DNA of 64,000 nt, from NCBI RefSeq assembly GCF_009914755.1, contig NC_060937.1; one strand, 5' to 3'. This DNA comes from the human T2T-CHM13v2.0 reference genome, Homo sapiens. The notes below the pieces were generated by a model that saw only the letters and a program-made list of their open reading frames with translations, searched no databases and was not told the origin of the DNA. Shown piece after piece: positions 11,952-25,000 of the stretch. The translations under genes and the position numbers were made by a program. Position 1 is the first letter of the stretch. The number at the start of each line of letters is the position of its first letter.

Positions 11952-14900
11952 TCAAAGCGCTCCAAATGTCCACATCCAGATACTCCAGAAAGAGTGTTTC
12001 AAACCTGCTCTATGAAAGGGAATCTTCAACTCTATGAGTTGAATGCAGACATCAGAAAGAAATTTCTGAGAATGCTGCTGTCTACCTTTTATTTGAATTC
12101 CCGCTTCCAACGAAATCCTCCAAGCTATCCAAATATCCACTTGCAGATTCCACAAAAAGAGTGTTTCAAAACTGCTCTCTATCAATGGCAAAGTTCAACT
12201 CTGTTAGTTGAGGACACATATCACCAACAAGTTTCTGAGAATGCTTCTGTCTATTTTTTATGGGAAGATATTTCCTTTTTCACCGTAGGCGTCAAGGCGA
12301 TCGAAATGTCCACTTCCACAAACTACAAAAAGAGTGTTTCAAACCTGCTCTATGAAAGGCCATGTTCATCTCTATGAGTCGAATGGAAATATCCGAAAGA
12401 AATTTCTGGGAATGCTGCTGTCTAGTTTTTATACGAATTCCCGCTTCCAACGAAATCCTCAAAGCAATCCAAATATCCACTTGCAGAATCCACAAAAAGA
12501 GTGTTTCAAAACTGCTCTATCAATAGAAAGGTTCAACTCTTTTAGTTGAGTACACACATCACAAACAAGTTTCTGAGAATGCTTCTGTCTGGCTTTTATT
12601 GGAAGACGTTTCCTTTTCACCAAAGGCATCAAAGCGCTCCAAATGTCCACTTCCAGATTCTTCCAAAAGAGTGTTTGAAACGTGCTCAAAGTAAGGGAAT
12701 GTTCAACTCTGTGACTTGAATGCAGATATCACCAAGTAGTTTCTAATAGTGCTTCTGTCTAGATTTTAGATGATGATATTCCCGTTTCCAACGAAATCGT
12801 TAGAGCTATCCAAATATCCACTTACAGTTGCTACAAAAACAGTGTTTCCAAACTGCTGCATCAAAAGAAAGGTTCAACTCTGTTAGTTGAGGACACACGT
12901 CACAAAGAAGTTTGTGAGAATGCTTCTGTCTAGATTTTGTATGACGATATTCCCTTTTCCAACGATATCATTAAAGCAATCTAAATATCCATTTGCAGAA
13001 TCCACAAAAATAGAGTTTCAAAGCTGCTCTGTAAAAAGAAAGGTTCCACTCTGTTAGCTGAGTACACACATCACAAACTTGTTTCTCAGAATCCTTCTGT
13101 CTCGTTTTTCTGGGAAGATATTTACTTTTTCACCGTAGGCATCAAAGCGCTCCAAATGTCCACATCCAGATACTCCAGAAAGAGTGTTTCAAACCTGCTC
13201 TATGAAAGGGAATCTTCAACTCTATGAGTTGAATGCAGACATCAGAAAGAAATTTCTGAGAATGCTGCTGTCTACCTTTTATTTGAATTCCCGCTTCCAA
13301 CGAAATCCTCCAAGCTATCCAAATATCCACTTGCAGATTCCACAAAAAGAGTGTTTCAAAACTGCTCTCTATCAATGGCAAAGTTCAACTCTGTTAGTTG
13401 AGGACACATATCACCAACAAGTTTCTGAGAATGCTTCTGTCTATTTTTTATGGGAAGATATTTCCTTTTTCACCGTAGGCGTCAAGGCGATCGAAATGTC
13501 CACTTCCACAAACTACAAAAAGAGTGTTTCAAACCTGCTCTATGAAAGGCCATGTTCATCTCTATGAGTCGAATGGAAATATCCGAAAGAAATTTCTGGG
13601 AATGCTGCTGTCTAGTTTTTATACGAATTCCCGCTTCCAACGAAATCCTCAAAGCAATCCAAATATCCACTTGCAGAATCCACAAAAAGAGTGTTTCAAA
13701 ACTGCTCTATCAATAGAAAGGTTCAACTCTTTTAGTTGAGTACACACATCACAAACAAGTTTCTGAGAATGCTTCTGTCTGGCTTTTATTGGAAGACGTT
13801 TCCTTTTCACCAAAGGCATCAAAGCGCTCCAAATGTCCACTTCCAGATTCTTCCAAAAGAGTGTTTGAAACGTGCTCAAAGTAAGGGAATGTTCAACTCT
13901 GTGACTTGAATGCAGATATCACCAAGTAGTTTCTAATAGTGCTTCTGTCTAGATTTTAGATGATGATATTCCCGTTTCCAACGAAATCGTTAGAGCTATC
14001 CAAATATCCACTTACAGTTGCTACAAAAACAGTGTTTCCAAACTGCTGCATCAAAAGAAAGGTTCAACTCTGTTAGTTGAGGACACACGTCACAAAGAAG
14101 TTTGTGAGAATGCTTCTGTCTAGATTTTGTATGACGATATTCCCTTTTCCAACGATATCATTAAAGCAATCTAAATATCCATTTGCAGAATCCACAAAAA
14201 TAGAGTTTCAAAGCTGCTCTGTAAAAAGAAAGGTTCCACTCTGTTAGCTGAGTACACACATCACAAACTTGTTTCTCAGAATCCTTCTGTCTCGTTTTTA
14301 TGGGAAGATATTTACTTTTTCACCGTAGGCATCAAAGCGCTCCAAATGTCCACATCCAGATACTCCAGAAAGAGTGTTTCAAACCTGCTCTATGAAAGGG
14401 AATCTTCAACTCTATGAGTTGAATGCAGACATCAGAAAGAAATTTCTGAGAATGCTGCTGTCTACCTTTTATTTGAATTCCCGCTTCCAACGAAATCCTC
14501 CAAGCTATCCAAATATCCACTTGCAGATTCCACAAAAAGAGTGTTTCAAAACTGCTCTCTATCAATGGCAAAGTTCAACTCTGTTAGTTGAGGACACATA
14601 TCACCAACAAGTTTCTGAGAATGCTTCTGTCTATTTTTTATGGGAAGATATTTCCTTTTTCACCGTAGGCGTCAAGGCGATCGAAATGTCCACTTCCACA
14701 AACTACAAAAAGAGTGTTTCAAACCTGCTCTATGAAAGGCCATGTTCATCTCTATGAGTCGAATGGAAATATCCGAAAGAAATTTCTGGGAATGCTGCTG
14801 TCTAGTTTTTATACGAATTCCCGCTTCCAACGAAATCCTCAAAGCAATCCAAATATCCACTTGCAGAATCCACAAAAAGAGTGTTTCAAAACTGCTCTAT

Positions 14901-17900
14901 CAATAGAAAGGTTCAACTCTTTTAGTTGAGTACACACATCACAAACAAGTTTCTGAGAATGCTTCTGTCTGGCTTTTATTGGAAGACGTTTCCTTTTCAC
15001 CAAAGGCATCAAAGCGCTCCAAATGTCCACTTCCAGATTCTTCCAAAAGAGTGTTTGAAACGTGCTCAAAGTAAGGGAATGTTCAACTCTGTGACTTGAA
15101 TGCAGATATCACCAAGTAGTTTCTAATAGTGCTTCTGTCTAGATTTTAGATGATGATATTCCCGTTTCCAACGAAATCGTTAGAGCTATCCAAATATCCA
15201 CTTACAGTTGCTACAAAAACAGTGTTTCCAAACTGCTGCATCAAAAGAAAGGTTCAACTCTGTTAGTTGAGGACACACGTCACAAAGAAGTTTGTGAGAA
15301 TGCTTCTGTCTAGATTTTGTATGACGATATTCCCTTTTCCAACGATATCATTAAAGCAATCTAAATATCCATTTGCAGAATCCACAAAAATAGAGTTTCA
15401 AAGCTGCTCTGTAAAAAGAAAGGTTCCACTCTGTTAGCTGAGTACACACATCACAAACTTGTTTCTCAGAATCCTTCTGTCTCGTTTTTATGGGAAGATA
15501 TTTACTTTTTCACCGTAGGCATCAAAGCGCTCCAAATGTCCACATCCAGATACTCCAGAAAGAGTGTTTCAAACCTGCTCTATGAAAGGGAATCTTCAAC
15601 TCTATGAGTTGAATGCAGACATCAGAAAGAAATTTCTGAGAATGCTGCTGTCTACCTTTTATTTGAATTCCCGCTTCCAACGAAATCCTCCAAGCTATCC
15701 AAATATCCACTTGCAGATTCCACAAAAAGAGTGTTTCAAAACTGCTCTCTATCAATGGCAAAGTTCAACTCTGTTAGTTGAGGACACATATCACCAACAA
15801 GTTTCTGAGAATGCTTCTGTCTATTTTTTATGGGAAGATATTTCCTTTTTCACCGTAGGCGTCAAGGCGATCGAAATGTCCACTTCCACAAACTACAAAA
15901 AGAGTGTTTCAAACCTGCTCTATGAAAGGCCATGTTCATCTCTATGAGTCGAATGGAAATATCCGAAAGAAATTTCTGGGAATGCTGCTGTCTAGTTTTT
16001 ATACGAATTCCCGCTTCCAACGAAATCCTCAAAGCAATCCAAATATCCACTTGCAGAATCCACAAAAAGAGTGTTTCAAAACTGCTCTATCAATAGAAAG
16101 GTTCAACTCTTTTAGTTGAGTACACACATCACAAACAAGTTTCTGAGAATGCTTCTGTCTGGCTTTTATTGGAAGACGTTTCCTTTTCACCAAAGGCATC
16201 AAAGCGCTCCAAATGTCCACTTCCAGATTCTTCCAAAAGAGTGTTTGAAACGTGCTCAAAGTAAGGGAATGTTCAACTCTGTGACTTGAATGCAGATATC
16301 ACCAAGTAGTTTCTAATAGTGCTTCTGTCTAGATTTTAGATGATGATATTCCCGTTTCCAACGAAATCGTTAGAGCTATCCAAATATCCACTTACAGTTG
16401 CTACAAAAACAGTGTTTCCAAACTGCTGCATCAAAAGAAAGGTTCAACTCTGTTAGTTGAGGACACACGTCACAAAGAAGTTTGTGAGAATGCTTCTGTC
16501 TAGATTTTGTATGACGATATTCCCTTTTCCAACGATATCGTTAAAGCAATCTAAATATCCATTTGCAGAATCCACAAAAATAGAGTTTCAAAGCTGCTCT
16601 GTAAAAAGAAAGGTTCCACTCTGTTAGCTGAGTACACACATCACAAACTTGTTTCTCAGAATCCTTCTGTCTCGTTTTTCTGGGAAGATATTTACTTTTT
16701 CACCGTAGGCATCAAAGCGCTCCAAATGTCCACATCCAGATACTCCAGAAAGAGTGTTTCAAACCTGCTCTATGAAAGGGAATCTTCAACTCTATGAGTT
16801 GAATGCAGACATCAGAAAGAAATTTCTGAGAATGCTGCTGTCTACCTTTTATTTGAATTCCCGCTTCCAACGAAATCCTCCAAGCTATCCAAATATCCAC
16901 TTGCAGATTCCACAAAAAGAGTGTTTCAAAACTGCTCTCTATCAATGGCAAAGTTCAACTCTGTTAGTTGAGGACACATATCACCAACAAGTTTCTGAGA
17001 ATGCTTCTGTCTATTTTTTATGGGAAGATATTTCCTTTTTCACCGTAGGCGTCAAGGCGATCGAAATGTCCACTTCCACAAACTACAAAAAGAGTGTTTC
17101 AAACCTGCTCTATGAAAGGCCATGTTCATCTCTATGAGTCGAATGGAAATATCCGAAAGAAATTTCTGGGAATGCTGCTGTCTAGTTTTTATACGAATTC
17201 CCGCTTCCAACGAAATCCTCAAAGCAATCCAAATATCCACTTGCAGAATCCACAAAAAGAGTGTTTCAAAACTGCTCTATCAATAGAAAGGTTCAACTCT
17301 TTTAGTTGAGTACACACATCACAAACAAGTTTCTGAGAATGCTTCTGTCTGGCTTTTATTGGAAGACGTTTCCTTTTCACCAAAGGCATCAAAGCGCTCC
17401 AAATGTCCACTTCCAGATTCTTCCAAAAGAGTGTTTGAAACGTGCTCAAAGTAAGGGAATGTTCAACTCTGTGACTTGAATGCAGATATCACCAAGTAGT
17501 TTCTAATAGTGCTTCTGTCTAGATTTTAGATGATGATATTCCCGTTTCCAACGAAATCGTTAGAGCTATCCAAATATCCACTTACAGTTTCTACAAAAAC
17601 AGTGTTTCCAAACTGCTGCATCAAAAGAAAGGTTCAACTCTGTTAGTTGAGGACACACGTCACAAAGAAGTTTGTGAGAATGCTTCTGTCTAGATTTTGT
17701 ATGACGATATTCCCTTTTCCAACGATATCGTTAAAGCAATCTAAATATCCATTTGCAGAATCCACAAAAATAGAGTTTCAAAGCTGCTCTGTAAAAAGAA
17801 AGGTTCCACTCTGTTAGCTGAGTACACACATCACAAACTTGTTTCTGAGAATCCTTCTGTCTCGTTTTTATGGGAAGATATTTACTTTTTCACCGTAGGC

Positions 17901-19091
17901 ATCAAAGCGCTCCAAATGTCCACATCCAGATACTCCAGAAAGAGTGTTTCAAACCTGCTCTATGAAAGGGAATCTTCAACTCTATGAGTTGAATGCAGAC
18001 ATCAGAAAGAAATTTCTGAGAATGCTGCTGTCTACCTTTTATTTGAATTCCCGCTTCCAACGAAATCCTCCAAGCTATCCAAATATCCACTTGCAGATTC
18101 CACAAAAAGAGTGTTTCAAAACTGCTCTCTATCAATGGCAAAGTTCAACTCTGTTAGTTGAGGACACATATCACCAACAAGTTTCTGAGAATGCTTCTGT
18201 CTATTTTTTATGGGAAGATATTTCCTTTTTCACCGTAGGCGTCAAGGCGATCGAAATGTCCACTTCCACAAACTACAAAAAGAGTGTTTCAAACCTGCTC
18301 TATGAAAGGCCATGTTCATCTCTATGAGTCGAATGGAAATATCCGAAAGAAATTTCTGGGAATGCTGCTGTCTAGTTTTTATACGAATTCCCGCTTCCAA
18401 CGAAATCCTCAAAGCAATCCAAATATCCACTTGCAGAATCCACAAAAAGAGTGTTTCAAAACTGCTCTATCAATAGAAAGGTTCAACTCTTTTAGTTGAG
18501 TACACACATCACAAACAAGTTTCTGAGAATGCTTCTGTCTGGCTTTTATTGGAAGACGTTTCCTTTTCACCAAAGGCATCAAAGCGCTCCAAATGTCCAC
18601 TTCCAGATTCTTCCAAAAGAGTGTTTGAAACGTGCTCAAAGTAAGGGAATGTTCAACTCTGTGACTTGAATGCAGATATCACCAAGTAGTTTCTAATAGT
18701 GCTTCTGTCTAGATTTTAGATGATGATATTCCCGTTTCCAACGAAATCGTTAGAGCTATCCAAATATCCACTTACAGTTTCTACAAAAAGAGTGTTTCCA
18801 AACTGCTGCATCAAAAGAAAGGTTCAACTCTGTTAGTTGAGGACACACATCACAAAGAAGTTTGTGAGAATGCTTCTGTCTAGATTTTGTATGACCATAT
18901 TCCCTTTTCCAGCGATATCATTAAAGCAATCTAAATATCCATTTGCAGAATCCACAAAAATAGAGTTTCAAAGCTGCTCTGTAAAAAGAAAGGTTCCACT
19001 CTGTTAGCTGAGTACACACATCACAAACTTGTTTCTCAGAATCCTTCTGTCTCGTTTTTCTGGGAAGATATTTACTTTTTCACCGTAGGCA
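11952..19091 (-). repeat. Run of six consecutive A blocks (five 7-mers plus the A of an 11-mer)
   Basis: ORF anchors at 11952, 13142, 14332, 15522, 16712 and 17902 are spaced exactly 1190 bp apart. Confidence 0.95.
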
Positions 19092-22000
19092 TCAAAGCGC
19101 TCCAAATGTCCACATCCAGATACTCCAGAAAGAGTGTTTCAAACCTGCTCTATGAAAGGGAATCTTCAACTCTATGAGTTGAATGCAGACATCAGAAAGA
19201 AATTTCTGAGAATGCTGCTGTCTACCTTTTATTTGAATTCCCGCTTCCAACGAAATCCTCCAAGCTATCCAAATATCCACCTGCATTTTCCACAAAAAGA
19301 GCGTTTCAAAACTGCTCTATCAATAGAAATGTTCAACTCCTTTGGCTGGGTACACACATCACAAACAAGTTTCTGAGAATGCTTCTGTCTAGTTTTTATG
19401 GGAAGACATTCCCTTTTTCACCAAAGGCATCAAAGCGCTCCAAATGTCCACTTCCAGACACTACAAAAAGAGTGTTTCCAACGTGCTCTAAGAAAGCGAA
19501 TGTTCAACTCTGTGACTTGAATGCAGATATCACAAAGTAGTTTCTGAGAGGGCTTCTGTCTAGATTTTAGATGATGATATTCCCGTTTCCAACGAAATCA
19601 TTAGAGCTATCCAAATATCCACTTACAGTTTCTACAAAAAGAGTGTTTCCAAACTGCTGCATCAAAAGAGAGGTTCCACTCTGTTAGCTGAGTACACACA
19701 TCACAAACTTGTTTCTCAGAATCCTTCTGTCTCGTTTTCCTGGGAAGATATTTACTTTTTCACCGTAGGCATCAAAGCGCTCCAAATGTCCACATCCAGA
19801 TACTCCAGAAAGAGTGTTTCAAACCTGCTCTATGAAAGGGAATCTTCAACTCTATGAGTTGAATGCAGACATCAGAAAGAAATTTCTGAGAATGCTGCTG
19901 TCTACCTTTTATTTGAATTCCCGCTTCCAACGAAATCCTCCAAGCTATCCAAATATCCACTTGCAGATTCCACAAAAAGAGTGTTTCAAAACTGCTCTCT
20001 ATCAATGGCAAAGTTCAACTCTGTTAGTTGAGGACACATATCACCAACAAGTTTCTGAGAATGCTTCTGTCTATTTTTTATGGGAAGATATTTCCTTTTT
20101 CACCGTAGGCGTCAAGGCGATCGAAATGTCCACTTCCACAAACTACAAAAAGAGTGTTTCAAACCTGCTCTATGAAAGGCCATGTTCATCTCTATGAGTC
20201 GAATGGAAATATCCGAAAGAAATTTCTGGGAATGCTGCTGTCTAGTTTTTATACGAATTCCCGCTTCCAACGAAATCCTCAAAGCAATCCAAATATCCAC
20301 TTGCAGAATCCACAAAAAGAGTGTTTCAAAACTGCTCTATCAATAGAAAGGTTCAACTCTTTTAGTTGAGTACACACATCACAAACAAGTTTCTGAGAAT
20401 GCTTCTGTCTGGCTTTTATTGGAAGACGTTTCCTTTTCACCAAAGGCATCAAAGCGCTCCAAATGTCCACTTCCAGATTCTTCCAAAAGAGTGTTTGAAA
20501 CGTGCTCAAAGTAAGGGAATGTTCAACTCTGTGACTTGAATGCAGATATCACCAAGTAGTTTCTAATAGTGCTTCTGTCTAGATTTTAGATGATGATATT
20601 CCCGTTTCCAACGAAATCGTTAGAGCTATCCAAATATCCACTTACAGTTGCTACAAAAACAGTGTTTCCAAACTGCTGCATCAAAAGAAAGGTTCAACTC
20701 TGTTAGTTGAGGACACACGTCACAAAGAAGTTTGTGAGAATGCTTCTGTCTAGATTTTGTATGACGATATTCCCTTTTCCAACGATATCATTAAAGCAAT
20801 CTAAATATCCATTTGCAGAATCCACAAAAATAGAGTTTCAAAGCTGCTCTGTAAAAAGAAAGGTTCCACTCTGTTAGCTGAGTACACACATCACAAACTT
20901 GTTTCTCAGAATCCTTCTGTCTCGTTTTTATGGGAAGATATTTACTTTTTCACCGTAGGCATCAAAGCGCTCCAAATGTCCACATCCAGATACTCCAGAA
21001 AGAGTGTTTCAAACCTGCTCTATGAAAGGGAATCTTCAACTCTATGAGTTGAATGCAGACATCAGAAAGAAATTTCTGAGAATGCTGCTGTCTACCTTTT
21101 ATTTGAATTCCCGCTTCCAACGAAATCCTCCAAGCTATCCAAATATCCACTTGCAGATTCCACAAAAAGAGTGTTTCAAAACTGCTCTCTATCAATGGCA
21201 AAGTTCAACTCTGTTAGTTGAGGACACATATCACCAACAAGTTTCTGAGAATGCTTCTGTCTATTTTTTATGGGAAGATATTTCCTTTTTCACCGTAGGC
21301 GTCAAGGCGATCGAAATGTCCACTTCCACAAACTACAAAAAGAGTGTTTCAAACCTGCTCTATGAAAGGCCATGTTCATCTCTATGAGTTGAATGGAAAT
21401 ATCCGAAAGAAATTTCTGGGAATGCTGCTGTCTAGTTTTTATACGAATTCCCGCTTCCAACGAAATCCTAAAAGCAATCCAAATATCCACTTGCAGAATC
21501 CACAAAAAGAGTGTTTCAAAACTGCTCTATCAATAGAAAGGTTCAACTCTTTTAGTTGAGTACACACATCACAAACAAGTTTCTGAGAATGCTTCTGTCT
21601 GGCTTTTATTGGAAGACGTTTCCTTTTCACCAAAGGCATCAAAGCGCTCCAAATGTCCACTTCCAGATTCTTCCAAAAGAGTGTTTGAAACGTGCTCAAA
21701 GTAAGGGAATGTTCAACTCTGTGACTTGAATGCAGATATCACCAAGTAGTTTCTAATAGTGCTTCTGTCTAGATTTTAGATGATGATATTCCCGTTTCCA
21801 ACGAAATCGTTAGAGCTATCCAAATATCCACTTACAGTTTCTACAAAAAGAGTGTTTCCAAACTGCTGCATCAAAAGAAAGGTTCAACTCTGTTAGTTGA
21901 GGACACACATCACAAAGAAGTTTGTGAGAATGCTTCTGTCTAGATTTTGTATGACCATATTCCCTTTTCCAGCGATATCATTAAAGCAATCTAAATATCC

Positions 22001-25000
22001 ATTTGCAGAATCCACAAAAATAGAGTTTCAAAGCTGCTCTGTAAAAAGAAAGGTTCCACTCTGTTAGCTGAGTACACACATCACAAACTTGTTTCTGAGA
22101 ATCCTTCTGTCTCGTTTTTATGGGAAGATATTTACTTTTTCACCGTAGGCATCAAAGCGCTCCAAATGTCCACATCCAGATACTCCAGAAAGAGTGTTTC
22201 AAACCTGCTCTATGAAAGGGAATCTTCAACTCTATGAGTTGAATGCAGACATCAGAAAGAAATTTCTGAGAATGCTGCTGTCTACCTTTTATTTGAACTC
22301 CCGCTTCCAACGAAATCCTCCAAGCTATCCAAATATCCACTTGCATTTTCCACAAAAAGAGTGCTTCAAAACTGCTCTATCAATAAATGTTCAACTCCTT
22401 TAGCTGGGTGCACACATCACAAACAAGTTTCTGAGAATGCTTCTGTCTAGTTTTTATGGGAAGACATTCCCTTTTTCACCAAAGGCATCAAAGCGCTCCA
22501 AATGTCCACTTCCAGACACTACAAAAAGAGTGTTTCCAACGTGCTCTAAGAAAGCGAATGTTCAACTCTGTGACTTGAATGCAGATATCACAAAGTAGTT
22601 TCTGAGAGGGCTTCTGTCTAGATTTTAGATGATGATATTCCCGTTTCCAACGAAATCATTAGAGCTATCCAAATATCCACTTACAGTTTCTACAAAAAGA
22701 GTGTTTCCAAACTGCTGCATCAAAAGAGAGGTTCCACTCTGTTAGCTGAGTACACACATCACAAACTTGTTTCTCAGAATCCTTCTGTCTCGTTTTTCTG
22801 GGAAGATATTTACTTTTTCACCGTAGGCATCAAAGCGCTCCAAATGTCCACATCCAGATACTCCAGAAAGAGTGTTTCAAACCTGCTCTATGAAAGGGAA
22901 TCTTCAACTCTATGAGTTGAATGCAGACATCAGAAAGAAATTTCTGAGAATGCTGCTGTCTACCTTTTATTTGAATTCCCGCTTCCAACGAAATCCTCCA
23001 AGCTATCCAAATATCCACTTGCAGATTCCACAAAAAGAGTGTTTCAAAACTGCTCTCTATCAATGGCAAAGTTCAACTCTGTTAGTTGAGGACACATATC
23101 ACCAACAAGTTTCTGAGAATGCTTCTGTCTATTTTTTATGGGAAGATATTTCCTTTTTCACCGTAGGCGTCAAGGCGATCGAAATGTCCACTTCCACAAA
23201 CTACAAAAAGAGTGTTTCAAACCTGCTCTATGAAAGGCCATGTTCATCTCTATGAGTCGAATGGAAATATCCGAAAGAAATTTCTGGGAATGCTGCTGTC
23301 TAGTTTTTATACGAATTCCCGCTTCCAACGAAATCCTCAAAGCAATCCAAATATCCACTTGCAGAATCCACAAAAAGAGTGTTTCAAAACTGCTCTATCA
23401 ATAGAAAGGTTCAACTCTTTTAGTTGAGTACACACATCACAAACAAGTTTCTGAGAATGCTTCTGTCTGGCTTTTATTGGAAGACGTTTCCTTTTCACCA
23501 AAGGCATCAAAGCGCTCCAAATGTCCACTTCCAGATTCTTCCAAAAGAGTGTTTGAAACGTGCTCAAAGTAAGGGAATGTTCAACTCTGTGACTTGAATG
23601 CAGATATCACCAAGTAGTTTCTAATAGTGCTTCTGTCTAGATTTTAGATGATGATATTCCCGTTTCCAACGAAATCGTTAGAGCTATCCAAATATCCACT
23701 TACAGTTGCTACAAAAACAGTGTTTCCAAACTGCTGCATCAAAAGAAAGGTTCAACTCTGTTAGTTGAGGACACACATCACAAAGAAGTTTGTGAGAATG
23801 CTTCTGTCTAGATTTTGTATGACCATATTCCCTTTTCCAGCGATATCATTAAAGCAATCTAAATATCCATTTGCAGAATCCACAAAAATAGAGTTTCAAA
23901 GCTGCTCTGTAAAAAGAAAGGTTCCACTCTGTTAGCTGAGTACACACATCACAAACTTGTTTCTGAGAATCCTTCTGTCTCGTTTTTATGGGAAGATATT
24001 TACTTTTTCACCGTAGGCATCAAAGCGCTCCAAATGTCCACATCCAGATACTCCAGAAAGAGTGTTTCAAACCTGCTCTATGAAAGGGAATCTTCAACTC
24101 TATGAGTTGAATGCAGACATCAGAAAGAAATTTCTGAGAATGCTGCTGTCTACCTTTTATTTGAATTCCCGCTTCCAACGAAATCCTCCAAGCTATCCAA
24201 ATATCCACCTGCATTTTCCACAAAAAGAGCGTTTCAAAACTGCTCTATCAATAGAAATGTTCAACTCCTTTGGCTGGGTACACACATCACAAACAAGTTT
24301 CTGAGAATGCTTCTGTCTAGTTTTTATGGGAAGACATTCCCTTTTTCACCAAAGGCATCAAAGCGCTCCAAATGTCCACTTCCAGACACTACAAAAAGAG
24401 TGTTTCCAACGTGCTCTAAGAAAGCGAATGTTCAACTCTGTGACTTGAATGCAGATATCACAAAGTAGTTTCTGAGAGGGCTTCTGTCTAGATTTTAGAT
24501 GATGATATTCCCGTTTCCAACGAAATCATTAGAGCTATCCAAATATCCACTTACAGTTTCTACAAAAAGAGTGTTTCCAAACTGCTGCATCAAAAGAGAG
24601 GTTCCACTCTGTTAGCTGAGTACACACATCACAAACTTGTTTCTCAGAATCCTTCTGTCTCGTTTTTCTGGGAAGATATTTACTTTTTCACCGTAGGCAT
24701 CAAAGCGCTCCAAATGTCCACATCCAGATACTCCAGAAAGAGTGTTTCAAACCTGCTCTATGAAAGGGAATCTTCAACTCTATGAGTTGAATGCAGACAT
24801 CAGAAAGAAATTTCTGAGAATGCTGCTGTCTACCTTTTATTTGAATTCCCGCTTCCAACGAAATCCTCCAAGCTATCCAAATATCCACTTGCAGATTCCA
24901 CAAAAAGAGTGTTTCAAAACTGCTCTCTATCAATGGCAAAGTTCAACTCTGTTAGTTGAGGACACATATCACCAACAAGTTTCTGAGAATGCTTCTGTCT

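Noticed and set aside
21439-21699. Uniquely extended 86-aa minus-strand ORF
   Set aside because: It results from a single C>A at 21470 that removes a stop codon; there is no sign of function.
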